From Chiloscyllium plagiosum (taxonomy: Eukaryota), in NCBI RefSeq assembly GCF_004010195.1, contig NC_057719.1:82165224-82229223 (forward strand): a DNA stretch of 64,000 bases, in the 5' to 3' direction. The notes below the pieces were generated by a model, which did no database searches, was not told the DNA's origin, and worked only from the letters and a program-made list of their open reading frames with translations. The translations under genes and the position numbers were made by a program. The number at the start of each line of letters is the position of its first letter. The stretch's first letter is position 1. Positions 12,132 to 25,250 of the stretch are shown piece by piece.

Positions 12132-13509
12132 ATGAAAGAAGGAAGCTCCACATTTGAGAAGATTCTACTTAGGATTCCCTCAGAAATGCAGAACCATAAT
12201 TGCATTTTGACAGTACTTGTATAGGGTACAACTGTCAGAGGAAAGCAAACTACGCCTTTTTTTTGGTTTTCAACTTCTGTTGGATTTAATGGCCACATTT
12301 GTATATGGTCAGGGAATCATAATGGCACAGTCCCTTTCCTTCATTATATTCTGTTGCCTTTGAGTACTACTGAATTCCTTTTAAAATGATTGACTGTCCC
12401 CACTTTCACACCCCTGTAGGCGGCGAACTCTAGGTTATTGCCACTCCTATACGTGTAATATATATACACGTGTGCTCATTGTCATGTGTGCATGCACACT
12501 GTCCCCATGTCTTTATACCATTAGCTAATAGAAGCCACTTTTGGTTCATAAATCTCAAATAGCTACCATACAAACTCCGGTAAATTCAGAAAGTCAAATA
12601 GGTCTGTATTTCAAAAGGCAGGTAATATAAAAATAGGAAAGTTTTTTTCCTAAAATTAGAAAGGCACAATTCAGATCATAGTTGAAACATTATGAGCAGT
12701 TATAGTCCCTTTAATTGGTTGTATTGCCAATCCAGGTAATTCCCATTAATATACCTTTGGTTCAGAAAGCAACCATTCACCACAGCTGTTTTCTGTCATT
12801 AGCTGAGTTTCTGAATTAGTAGTTTAGCAGTAATACCACTAGGCCATTACTTCCCCTATCAGTTTTTATACTTTAAACTCCAGTGGCTGAGCAGGTCATG
12901 CTTACAATGTTTCCTCCCAAAATAAACCTTTCACCCTAGAAATCAGACAAGTGAACCTGCTCTGAATTTAATTAAGGAGACCAGCACTGCACTCAGGACT
13001 CCTAATGTGGTTGAACTTGGGCCCTTTACTAGTGAAGAAATACTGCCATAGGTTTATATTTGATTCCCTTTGCAACAAATGTCAACGTTTCATTTATCGT
13101 CCTAATTAATTTCTACACCTGCAGACTAAGTTTTGCTATATGTACCGAGACACCCAAATTTTCCCCTCCACACTGAATCATCTCCAGAAAGGCAACCCAT
13201 TTTATTAGTTTTATGGGGAATTGTTAATGGGGGCGGGGATTGAAGATCAACTTTCAGTTCAAAGAAAGGAACAGTTTCACTACCATGGTGGCAGACCTGA
13301 ACATCATGCGTGATTTCAGTTAATCAGACAGCTCAGTTCTCACCATATGAAAATGAACGTCCTCCAATTAAGTATTTGTACTCTATATTGCTCCCTATCC
13401 TTTTCCATAGGTAACCTAAACCTTCTGATTCAACGATCATTGTTCCCTAAACTTCCCCATATTGACACTTGATCAATTTGGCAAATCCCTGCCCAGAACC
13501 CAGAGTCAG

Positions 13510-13684
13510 GTAGGAGAAAGTGAGGACTGCAAATGCTGGAATACCAGAGTTGAAAAATGTGGTGCTGGAAAAACACAGCAGGCCAGGCATTCCTGAAGAA
13601 GGGCTTATGCCCAAAACGTCGATTCTCCTGCTCCTTGGATGCTGCCTGGCCTGCTATGTTTTTCCAGCACCACATTTTTCAACT
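13510..13684. mobile_element. Penelope-like fold-back mini-element (copy 2)
   Basis: Same family as copy 1. TSD ccagaacccagagtcag at 13493-13509 and 13685-13701. Hammerhead core 13593-13620 (+) has GAAA mutated to AAAA. Confidence 0.87.
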
Positions 13685-13884
13685 CCAGAACCCAGAGTCA
13701 GCAAAGCTTACTGCTTTGACTTTGGAAACATCAAGACAATACTCCTGAACATATCTCAAGAACTCTTCCCCTTCTTTGTTTTTTCAAAACATTATGCACA
13801 CAGTGCTGCGGTCATCATTGATTATCTATGCAGGCATTATTCATTTCTGTGCATTGCCAATTTTGGTTATTAACTGCAGAGATT

Positions 13885-14290
13885 CAAGACTTGGCCCATA
13901 TCCTAACTTGCACCACGTCCTGTTCATCTGTCACCCTTGTGCCTGCTGACATGCATTGGGACCATTTGTTGAAATCATCAATGGCCCTGTCACCTAATTG
14001 TCTCTAAACTTTTAACTTCTTGAGCACCCCTGATTTTCTTGCGCCATTGACAATTGTGCCTTTTGTTTGTCTTGATCCAAAGCTCTAGAATTATCTTGTT
14101 AAACCTCTTCACATCTTTCTTCTCTTGTCTTTCTTTAAGATTTCCTTAAAACTTAGCTCTTTGACCAAGCCTTTTAGTTTGACTGTCCCCCTGTCCTAAT
14201 ATCTCCCTAAACCGTTCAGTATTGAATGTTGTTAATACTGTTGTGGTGCTAATGGAGATGTTTTGCTACTGCACTGTAAATTCAAGTTAT
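13885..14290 (+). mobile_element. L2-clade LINE 3' remnant (further pieces at ~25500-26040, 37770-39050, 39560-39950, 52200-52840; minus strand ~4560-4790, 40680-41350)
   Basis: gcccatatcctaacttgcaccacgtcctgttcatctgtcacccttgtgcctgctgacatgcattgg resembles the L2 ...HITPVL..LHWLP region, followed by cttaaaac..ctctttgaccaagcctttt. Confidence 0.6.
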
Positions 14291-15649
14291 TGTTCATCTT
14301 GACTCTGATTTTGAAAAAGAGGTGGTGAAAGCTGCTGTTCTCTTGTGAACCACCCTGATTTGAGCAACAATGAAGCATAGATGCAATGAAGGTTTAGTGT
14401 TGTGCTCTATTGCTGTCTTCCCCTGTGCTCCAAGTAAGAATCTGGATCTCTGGAGAACCTCATTGTGTAAACCTTATTGCTGGATTTGCATATTGACAAT
14501 TTAATTTGGTCATTGTCAAGTTCTGAATACAGCTAATTGGTTTTCTGATTCAGTTTTGGATAAATAAAAATGACTGCTACAGAATGTGGCACTGCTGTTC
14601 AGCTGTCTGATTTATTCAGGATAAGAGTTAATTGAGACATTTGCTTAGTGGTACAGCATTATTTATTTAATCAGCAAAATAAAGGTTACTTGTGAGACTT
14701 AATGCAATTGCTGTTTCAACAGGTAATATGTATTTCCTGTATAACTATAGAGTTTATGGTGTCAATAATGATGTGGGTTGACAATTTACGAATACAAGAT
14801 GACACTATTTAGCTCAGCTTCTGTACTGGTGGTTATGCTTCATACAAACTACCTTTTTGTCTCACCTCCTTGATCGCATTGCTTTCTTCTTCAAAAGCTT
14901 GTCTACTTTACCTCACTTCCTTCTTTTGGGAGTGAATTCCCTATTCTTCTCATTGATCTCTGGATAAATTTAACTTTAATTTTGTGTTTGTATAACTAAC
15001 TAAATTTTAATTATTGCTTTTTATTTGGCTTTCATCTGCCATCTTTGTGGCCATCTTTTCAAAACCTTTTACTGTCATCAAGATCTCAGCCCTCGGCTTT
15101 TGTAGGAGGAAAAAAATCCTAGCCTGTGAAATAATTCTTGGTATAACTGCTGGATTCTGCTATCTTTCTAAGATCATTTTTATATCCTCTTCAGTACCTT
15201 TACATCATCATTAAGTATAGAAAGGGAACTGTTTGCACTGTTCAAGTAGTTTCTAACTAGTCTGCTATACAAGTTGAACATGACTTAGTCTTACTCAGTT
15301 CTATCCTTCTAGAAATGAACACAGTTATTTTCTTATCTTTGTTCATTCTTTTTAGTCAACTTGTTTCACTACTTTTTATGATCTGTGTATTTATATTGCT
15401 GATCCCTTTGTTCCTTTAATCCATGCAGACATGTTTCTTTTCAGAGAAATATTCTTGCTCTTTAGCTTTTTATTCTTGGTAAAATGTGTGCTATATTCAA
15501 ATACTTTGGCTTTTTGTAATGTTGAGAGATATAAATTGAAGGCAGAATTTGGGATGAACTTCTTTACTCTGTGTTTGGAATGTAATATTTCTAGATAGAG
15601 TAATTCAAGGAAATTGCAAGGATGTATTTAAGAGTAAGCTAGATTAACG

Positions 15650-16890
15650 TTTGTTCATTGGCTGTCATTTGCAGATGAGGATGACTCTCCCTCAGGCTGA
15701 GTTTTTCGGTGGCTGTACGGACAGATGTGGCTTCTGGAGGCTCTTTACCCTTGGGGCAGAATGTGGTCATGGGAAGAGGTGGATGGGGTGTTGTTGTGGC
15801 AATGTGCTTGTTATGCTGTTTTCGTCTGGCTTCTGCTTTTTCCTGACATCAAGTCTTGAGGTGCTCTATGCCTTACCAAGTGGTAGTCCTCCATTTTGGA
15901 CGTGTCTTGGCCAGTGATTCCCAGTTGTCTGTGGGGATGCTGCACTTCACCAGTGAGGCCTTAAGGGTATCACTGAAGCACTTACCTGCCATTTTGGAAC
16001 TTGGAGTAGAGCACTTAATTGGAGAGTTGCACGTCAGTCATGTGCATTATGTGCCTAGCCTATCACAGCCGATCAAGGGTAATCAGTGCCTTGATGTTGG
16101 CCTGGTTTTGATGTGTCTTTCTTCTCAGCAAATTTGCAGGATCTTGTGTATGCAGGTTGTTGGTACTGTTATCGGTGCCTTGAGGTATCTGCCACAGACA
16201 TTCCACATATCAGAGCCGTAAAGGAGGCTATGAATCACTACAGCTTTGTCAACCATGAGTTTGGTGTCGGATCTGATGTTGTTGTTCTTGGACACCTTTA
16301 CCCTAAGGCAGCCAAAGTCTGCGCTAGCACACTGGAGGTGGTAATAAATCTCTTCAGCAATAGTTGCTTTGGCTAACAGGACACACTCGAGGTATTGGAA
16401 GTGGTCAATGTTCTGATTTCTCCCTGTGGACCTTGATGATCAGGAATTCATTCCACAATACCAGGCCAGATTGGTGGAGGACCTTCATGTTGTGGATGCT
16501 CATTGTGAGACCCAGGCTGTCATTTGCCTCTGTAAAGGTGCTGACGATGGTCTGGAGTACATCTGAGATTACACATATGCAAACATCATCTGCATTCTGC
16601 AGCTCAATGACGCAGACACTGATTGGGTGACATTTTGGTTTTGATTTGAAGACCATGTAGGTTGAATAATTTCTTGCTGGTTTTGTAAGTTATCTCCACT
16701 CTATTGTGGAGCTTGTCAGTGGTGAGGTGAGGCATTGCAGCGAGGTAGGTAGAGAAGTGTTGGATGATGACATCGCCTGAACAGGGAATGGGTCAGTGGT
16801 GGAGCCATTTGTCGTTACCATTACTTTCATGTTGTTAGATGGTGATAAACTTCATGGTGCACCCAAAGCAGAGAGGGATGCTGCAAAATG
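15650..16890 (-). mobile_element. RTE-clade (BovB/Expander-like) LINE 3' half, decayed
   Basis: Minus-strand VIELQNADDVCIC...LQTIVSTFTEA..SLGLTMSIHNMKVLHQ resembles the RTE ELQYADD...GL.I...KTKV RT region. Confidence 0.75.
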
Positions 16891-16940
16891 CTCTTAAATT
16901 AACATGTGAAAGTAAAACACATGGGATTGGGGGCAGTGTA

Positions 16941-17574
16941 CAGTGGAAACTCGATTATCCGAATGAGGTGGGCGGGCACTATTTCGTTCGGATAATCGAT
17001 TATTTGGAAAATTGATTTAATGCCTTTCCTCTGGGGCTCGGAGTTTTAAAGTCTGCTCTCTGTTCAGGAGACTAGCAGCACCACACAGTGTGTGAGACAC
17101 TACCTCCAGTCCAACCTCTCCCCTTGCCACCTAGCATAAAGCATGTGAGTCCCTGCCCCCAACACAGCCCCTCACCCCCTATCTGGGGCACCCGGACTGC
17201 ACACCAACAACAAGACTGCTGCTACCTTTTGTGGTGTAAGTCTCCGAAAAGCACACAGACACAGCCACACATATAACTTTTTACTGCAAATTTTTGACAG
17301 GTTCCACGTTTGCCTTGTACAGGGCAATGTTGGAGAGATTATCTGGGGATTGGAGGGTTTAGGGTACACCCCTGTGTAGAACTCCAGGAAAAGTGTGGAT
17401 AGAGGACGGGAGGTCAGTCATTTGGAGATGGTGCCTGTTTAATCACTAACAAAAGACGCGATCACTGTTGGAAGCATGTCTTTGATGTAATTTTTCTATC
17501 GGGACCTCGAGATCTCCTCCTTCAGATAATCTGATTTTCGGATAATTGGTATTTGGATAATCGAGGTTCCCCTG
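16941..17574. mobile_element. Non-autonomous Tc1/mariner (pogo/Tigger-like) DNA transposon, MITE
   Basis: TA|CAGTGGAAACTCGATTATCCGAA ... TTTGGATAATCGAGGTTCCCCTG|TA: 23-bp TIR with 3 mismatches, TA duplication, subterminal ggataat repeats, no transposase. Splits a CR1 RT fragment. Confidence 0.88.
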
Positions 17575-17576
17575 TA

Positions 17577-18240
17577 TTTATATGGATAGAGCACTGGTTG
17601 GTAAAGTAAAGTAGGAATAAACTGGTCATTTTCCCAGTGTTAGCAGTGACTAGGATACTACAGGACGTCTTTGATTCACAATGTTGCTGATTTAGATGAG
17701 GGAACTAAATTAAATATCTCTAAATCTGCGTAGAAGGAACTTTGAGCAGAGATGCTTCAGTGTGATTTGGTCAAGTTGAGTGAGTGGGCAAATGCTTGGC
17801 AGATGAAGTATTATGTGGATAACTCAGGGTATCCACTTTAGTAGCAAAGGCAGGAAGGCAGATTTTTATCTGAATTGTGATTTGAGTTTGCAAAGTGGGA
17901 GGTGCATCAAGACCTGGGTGTCCTTGGACACCACTCATTTGAAAGTAAGTATGCTGGTGCAGCAGTCAGTGAAGAAGATAAATGGTACGTTGATCTTCAT
18001 TACAAGAGGATTCAAGTATTGCAGCAAGGATGTTTTTCTGCAATTATTCAGGGCCTTGGAATATTGTGGGTAGTTTTGCTCTCCTTATCCCTTGCTAGGG
18101 AGAGAATGCAATAAACGTTTACCAGACTGCTTTCCCAGTAATTAGAACTAATGTAGGAAGAGAAACTGAATCGGTTAGAACTTTATTCACTGGAGTTTAG
18201 AAGAATGAGGGGCGATCTCATAGAAACCTGTAAATTTGAC
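17577..18240 (+). mobile_element. CR1 RT remnant (continues 16895-16940 across the MITE)
   Basis: catgggattgggggcagtgta|tttatatggatagagcactgg reads HGIGGSV..WIE.W across the MITE; later GFKYCSKDVFLQLFRALEYC. Confidence 0.75.
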
Positions 18241-19290
18241 TAGTCCAGGGTAAACATTGGTTGGCACCTGAAGAGAATTTGAAGAGCGATAAAAGGGTAG
18301 GAGAGTGGGGCTTGATGAATGGATCTTGCAGTGAGTTTGCACAAACTGATTTGTAAGATGCCCTTGTATGCCACTATTCTATCACATCACTCACTTCCTG
18401 TGATGTGATACTGACTAAATAAGCTGTGTGATGATGCTTTTATGATGTTTTTCAGAGTTAAATATTAGCATGGACAGCTGGGAGAACTCTCTTGCTCTTT
18501 CTCCAGGATATTTAAATTTTTGTCTGAAAGATTCTGGATTCTTTGACTGAAGCCTTTGGAGTGGAACTTGAACAGTCTGAATTAATTGAGAGTATTGATT
18601 TATTTCCTTGTTTTTTAGAACTTTGTTATTCTACTTAGATTATTTGCAGATTGGAGAGTATTTTTATGTGAACTTTTTCCTGTTATGGAACTCGGAATTT
18701 CACAAGATCTGAAACTGTATAGATCATCAAAATCAGACTGTTGGCCTGCTGAGATGTGCATTTTGTCACCATACAATTCTGAACTATCTCAGACTTGGTG
18801 AAACCAGCAGCAAACAAGGCCTTTAAAAACACTGATTATCTCTCTACTGGATCAGAGATGTTAGTAGAATAAGTGAATGGAAAAAATTATAGTGAATGGA
18901 TTTCATTGCAGCCAAATGTGAAGCCTTTTATATTGGGCTTAAAAAGGACAGATCAAAATTGTTTTCATACGGTCAAAAATGAGAAACCTGGGGACCAGAT
19001 ACATGGATAATCTAAAATGTCGTCAAGTGAAGTGAATGATCAAAAAGGTTAATTGAATGCTGGTCTCCTTTATCTCGGGAATTCAAGGGGGGGGGATAAA
19101 ACTAAGTTTTAGCTATACTGGATAGATCTTTGGGTTACACTTTCAATGTTGAGTGTAATTTTATTTTCCAGCCCCTGGGACATATTAATATAAAAACTGA
19201 GGATTTTTAAAACCTATAAGTATTAAGGCTTGTGAGGCAAATGTGAGTTTGTGGCATTAAGATCATTTGGTGGTCTCTTCATTTGGTGGA

Positions 19291-19469
19291 GAAAGTGAGG
19301 TCTGCAGATGCTGGAGATCAGAGCTGAAAATGTGTTGCTGGAGAAGCGCAGCAGGTCAGGCAGCATCCAGGGAACAGGCGAATCGACGTTTCGGGCATGA
19401 GCCCTTCTTCAAGCCCTGTTCCCTGGATGCTGCCTGACCTGCTGCGCTTCTCCAGCAACACATTTTCAG
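19291..19469. mobile_element. Penelope-like fold-back mini-element (copy 3)
   Basis: TSD ctcttcatttggtgga at 19275-19290 and 19470-19485. Near-perfect inverted arms. Confidence 0.87.
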
Positions 19470-21222
19470 CTCTTCATTTGGTGGAACAGGCTTGAGTGAC
19501 AAAATGGCCTACTCTTGATTGTACGGTGTTGCAGGATTTCCCAAATTGATAGCAGCAATGGAGGATTTTGGTTTTGTGAAGAGTCTAATGAAATTGTGAT
19601 TTGATAGAAGAAAGAAGGTTCACAGATAAAATTAATCATGTTCAAAATCATGAAGGTTTTTTATAGACTGCATGAGATAAACTTTGCAGTAACAGAACCA
19701 CAGTTTTGATTTTTGTTAATCTGGCATTGTTCGACATCTGCCTGCTCCTTGCTGCTTTTACCCCCAAATTCTGTCCGAGCAAATGAAATTGCTTCTAAAT
19801 ATTGCATAGATTTTCCAGTGGTTTTCTTGCAATCTGACTGTGATAAGCAAGTCACAGTCAATTACATTCAGTCTGTATACATTTTGTTCATAAAGCACAT
19901 CCATCCTCTGCATGCAGACCTTACCAGTTCCCAGGTTGGTTTGCATGTGACATGTAAACCCCTCAGCTGGTGACTGCGCCAAGAATTAAAACTGTTCCAA
20001 GAACTGACAACAAGCCAGATGCATAATTTTAAAGTATTTTCTAATCAACCTGTACAGATATTATTATACATCTCTGGAGCAGGTGGGACTTGAATCCAGG
20101 TTCTCCTGGCTCGATACCACTGCATTATACCCCAAGAGGCCTATTAAAGGTAGAACGCAATACAGCTCATGATCAGTCGATGTGTCAATGCAGGTATTTA
20201 ATAACGTCTCACAGCACTTCAGTGTATTTCCTTTCTACAAAGCATATCCAAATCTTTGCTGTTTTCTACCAATATGTTTGTAATGACTCCAGTTGATTTC
20301 TAATTGTTTTCATTGCTTATGTCTGCTTAAAAGTTCACCTGTGGCTATGGGAAGAACCTATTGAGTGTTGTGGTGGTTTGTTGGACCTCACTATATATTA
20401 TTTTAAATAAATCCTAGAAGTGTCTAGTTTAGCTTAATATTTCTCAAGAGAAAGATTCTGCAGGTCTGCCTTTGGTACCGTGAAGTTAAAGCTTGCTCTT
20501 GTTTTCCCTTCCCTCCCTGCTCACTACCACCACCAGAGAGTGATATGATTTTGGTTTTCTTATTGCTTTCTAATGGAGTCTTTCTGGCCCATTGCAAGCT
20601 TAATTGCTCGATAGCTTAGCATAAAATTGACCATGAAGCTCGTGGATTGTCATAAAACTCCTGTCCCATGTAGTAATAGACTTTAAGGAAAGAACCCTGT
20701 CATCCTTACATGGTCTGAAGTATGTGACTTCAGTCCCATAGTTGTTCTGATTTACTCTTGACTGCCCTCTTAGACTGAACTAGCCATTCAGTTCAATTAA
20801 ATCATTGCAACATGCCAATAGTAAGGAGGAATAAATGCAACCATTATCGGTAATACCTATATCCAGAAAATGACTTTAATAAAAAAATTGAATCACCTTC
20901 TTCAGTTTAAGTACTATAGGGATTGTGACAGTGTGTTGAGTTTAAGAAGATTCGGGAAGGTGTGTGTAAATTTTTCTAAGAGTAATTATTTTTAATAGGT
21001 CACATTTTCATGTTCCATCAGAATATATCCTGCAGTCAACTGCTCCTGACTGCTTTAATGAGGTTTAGATCTCCTGTGGCTTTCCTGATGCTCAGAACTT
21101 TGCACATTCTGGTAATGGCAGGAGGAAAGTTGCTTTTGATCAAGGTTGTGGAGGCAAACCTGATTGCGTTATCTTCTCATGATGTATGGTAAAAACACTG
21201 TGCAGGGAAACAGTATTTTATC

Positions 21223-21537
21223 GAATCGCTACAGTTTGGAAACAGGCAATTGGGCCCAACAAGTCCACACCGACCCTCCGAAGACTGTCCCACCCAGACC
21301 CATTCCCCTACCTTTATTACTCTACATTGCCCCTTACACAGTCCTGAACAATTTAGCATGGCCATTTCACCTACACATCTCTGGATTGTGGGAGGAAACC
21401 GGAGGACCTAGAGGAAATCTACGCAGACACTGGGAGAATGTTCAAACTCCACACAGACAGTCACCCGAGGCTGGAATCAAAACTGGGTCCCTGGTGCTGT
21501 GAGGCAGCAGTGCTAACCACTGAGTCACAGTGCCGCC
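21223..21537 (-). mobile_element. HE1-type V-SINE
   Basis: High similarity to the other five copies in the window. Confidence 0.85.
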
Positions 21538-22018
21538 TTAGATCATTTTGAGGGCAATGGTTCAGGTGGGGTAGTGTGTGATGTATTTCACAGGCAATAA
21601 TAGGCATGAGGTGTTGTTGATGCTCTCCATTGCTGGTAGCTGCACTTGACTTTATGAACATTATTTGAGTATATTTTAAAAAAGCAACTCATCGTTACCA
21701 GTGACAGCCATGAGGGAGCCATTTTAAGAATTCATTAGCCTGATTCCCTCTTTACTTGGGAGAATGCCTGGCCTAATCATTTGAACTCCAATAATGGAGC
21801 AAATACTTTTAGGGGAAGGGATGCAAACCTTAGAATTGTGTGAGAAGGCCATCGCATTGAATTCTTGGTGGAACGTCATAAATTTGGGGAAATAACACAA
21901 CCTATCTATTTTGCATTGCTGTTGTTTGGGATGGTGCTATATTTGATTTTTAAAAATGCGTCTTGTCAAGTGAGTAAAGCTTCCATTTTGCTTTTGTTTT
22001 TACAGGTGCAATTATGAA

Positions 22019-23609
22019 ATGTCCTGCCTCTTGATATCGTATGACATGAACTGCACTGATTGTAACATAACCAGGTTAAACAGCACAACTATGGGTAAGA
22101 TGATGCTGGGACACAATGGTGTCAGAGGCAGCAGGGACTATGAAGAAAGAGTGGCTGATGCTGAGAGCAAACAGGAGTACCATCCCAAGCACCGCAAGAT
22201 GTACCCGCTCCGGAAGCGCATGCATGTGCAGCCAGGCAATTACTCTTCCCCAGGGGTTGTTCAGCAGCTAGAAGAAACACCAGTTGATGGGGTGAGCTCT
22301 GCACAGGCTATTGTTGAGCAATGGGATTATCAGGGCGACCAGGACCCACTTCAAGGGGAGACACTCCAGGCAGAGAGGAATGAAGACACTGGCAAAGAGA
22401 ATGCCAAGATGGATTCTGTGGCCTCACATACTGCTGAGTCACGCCCACGAAGGCTGGCCAGTCTGAATGCTGAGGCAGTTAACAATCTGCTGCTGGAGCG
22501 CGAAGACTGCCCGTCATCCAATAGACGGTGCCGAAAAGGTCCCAGTTGTGGCATGGAATGCACTGAAAACCGGGGAGACTGTAGGACTGGCTACCCGGCG
22601 AAAAGACGGATAGGTAGTTCAAGTGGTTCATTCGATGGTGATGTTTTCACCTGTGCAGGGAGTGAGCCAACACCTGCCATGGGTGATTGGGAGAGTGGGC
22701 TTGCTGAGCTATCAGGCAAGAAGCGCATGGCCAGTCTCAACGCTGCTGCATTCCTCAAGTTGAGCAACACCAGGGATGTTTCAGCTGGGCGGCGCAGCCG
22801 TACAGATGGAGAGAACAAACCAGGCAAGGTAATGGGTGGGACACGACCAACCTGCTCGCACCCGCTGGCTGGGCGCCGCTGTCCGCGAGCCAAAAGGAAG
22901 GACTTCAGGAGTGATACTGCAGCCAAACTTGGCCCTGGCACTGACTCAGGGGATAGTGAAGGACAGCACAAAGAGGAGTCAGCCAACGTAGGGCAGCATT
23001 CTATATTGCCTGTTAATGCAGATGTTCCCTACCCTTATGTGGACAAGACCAATGGATATTTCCATCGGTTATCAATGCTTATGGGAAGCCAAGCCATGAT
23101 TCGGCCCAAGTACCAGGCTCTGGAGGAGAACAGTGCTTCTGGTGCTGAATTTACACAGCCAGTGGCTCCATTTCAATCGCACACTTCATTAACATTGGAC
23201 AACTTTGCATCTGATCCGGACCACTATGAATTTCTGCCTCCTGAAGTCTGCCTTGATTCTCCAGTGGATGACCTCTATCTACACTACGATCGAAGTGACC
23301 TGGTGCCCATTGGCTGCAGCTCTACACATGGCTGTCCCATGTGCTCAGCTGCTTTCTCCTGCTGCACGCCACCTGATGATGAAGGAAACCTGCTCATTTC
23401 GCAGAGTGCTTCGCCGTCGGGTATGCTGTATTCGCATGCTCCTTGTGTGGCCAGCCTTTGCGTGGGGAATACAACAACTGTGCACTGTGTGGGCATGAAT
23501 GGCTATGATCTTTGCAGAGTGCTCCATCCATCCTTAAATAGGGATGTGGTCAGGCGGACTTCAATTTCTGACCAGACAAGTTGTCTCCACGAGCTGGGGG
23601 CAAAAGCAG
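22019..23609 (+). CDS. BAHD1: BAHD1 first visible coding exon (exon begins 22006; large N-terminal low-complexity region)
   Basis: Acceptor ttttacAG|gtgca at 22005/22006 and donor gcag|GTAAGT at 23609/23610 (phase 1). 536-aa ORF with motifs I recognise from vertebrate BAHD1: RKMYPLRKR, RRLASLNAEAVNNLLLERED, KRMASLNAAAFLKLS, LMGSQA. True start codon uncertain (22019 vs 22091, or an upstream exon). Confidence 0.92.
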
Positions 23610-24809
23610 GTAAGTGGGTAAGAATGTAGATAAGACTAGCCTTCAATAATGACTGAGTTTAATATAAGGCACACTAAAACTAGGGCCCTAAACATGAGAG
23701 AGTTTATGGATAAAACAGTATAAAATTGAGAGGCTACATGGCCAGTGAATAGTGAGAACTTAAAAACTTGTTATCCAATGAGTAATGGAGGAGAATTGTC
23801 TGGGTATGTTCAAGGGGAAGCTAGGTAAGAACTGTAAAACAGTTTGAGCATGAGATCATTGGATCTGTTGTGTTACTACTGACACTCTGCAAGAACAACT
23901 CCTGCCAGTCCCAGTGTGTCCCATCATTTCTCTGTGGCCCTATGTGCAATTAATAAAATTTAAATTACGCCATTCCTTTTTTGAAAGTCATAATTTAATC
24001 TACGTAGTGCACATTTGGCTGTCTGCTTTAGATCCTAATAACGTGCTCCATGTTTAAAAGAGAACTTCCCTGATGTTTTAAGCTGTTGCTGGATTTTTTT
24101 GTGGGTGTGGTCATGAGGATGAGAAGGTGAGGAAGTTTGAGCGAAGTCTAAGTACTGCTATTGGCTGGTTGATCTGAGTGGCCTGTTTCTGTACTGCAAG
24201 TTTTATTTAATTCTGGAGAAGCATCTTGTACAGTGGCGTCCTCAGAGTCTGGGATTGGAAGGAAACCATAAAGGTATAGTGGTGCAGTGATGGAGTATCA
24301 CTTCATGTGCTCAGTTCCCTGCTACAAGCAAGCATCCTGTACCAGGGAGAAGGGGTAACTTAATGAAATGTGGAAAAGAACATATTTTGTGCAACTATAG
24401 TTCATTAGGCTGACCGGGTGATGGAAATATTTGTTTGAATTGTTCACTGCTTAAAGCAGTAGTAGACATTACATGGGACCTTTTAGTCATTTTTCCTGCT
24501 TCTGCCCCACTCTGGCCTCCTGTCCATTCCTTGGAACAAGACTTAAGGAAGCAGCAAGCATGAGGGAGAAGGCGAGTGGGCAATAAGTAGACAGAATGAA
24601 TAATTTACTAGAACACTTTAGCTGTATGATTGCTGTACTGCTACAGTTAATCCTGAATTTAATCCCTGTTTTACGTGTCAAAAGAGCATTTCAAAGAAAT
24701 AACTCTCAATGAATCTGTAAGTATCTTAAATTCTGCTGGCAGCTGATTCAAAAAATTTTCTAATATCACATTGGTCCCCTCAATTATTTTAGTGAGCATC
24801 ACCGTGTTA

Positions 24810-25250
24810 AAGAAAAGATTTGTATATGTCGCACCTTTGGCAACCTATTATCAGAAGATGCTTTATGGTCAAATGCTTTTGAATTATAGTCACTGTTGTG
24901 ATTATAAGGAATATGGCAGCCAATATATGCACAGCAACTCCTACAAGTAGCAATGTGATAAATAACATAATAACCTGTTTAAATGATGGCTCATTCAGTG
25001 CTTATTGTTGGCTAGGACACTGGGGTGAAACTTAATTTTATATAGACTGCTGTTAATCAACTTGAACCATGATATCTTGGGTAAGTGGGATCTCAATTTT
25101 ATACCTCATCTGAAAGGCAGTACCTCTGTCAGTTCAGGACTTCATGAGCTTTGCAACAGCATGTTAAACTAGATTTTGTGCTCTGCCTCTGGGGTGGGGC
25201 TCAAACACAATATTTGGACTCTTGGTAAAAGCCACTGAGTCATAGCTGGT
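24810..25250 (-). mobile_element. SacSINE1-like Deu-domain SINE
   Basis: aaagatttgtatatgtcgcaccttt tail through the Deu core to a tRNA-like head (gccactgagtcatagct). Confidence 0.65.

Noticed and set aside
1..22005. BAHD1 promoter or first exon
   Set aside because: No CpG island or credible exon seen; probably upstream of the window.
22122..23527. Antisense and alternative-frame ORFs within the large exon
   Set aside because: Expected by-products of a GC-richer coding exon, with no recognisable domains.
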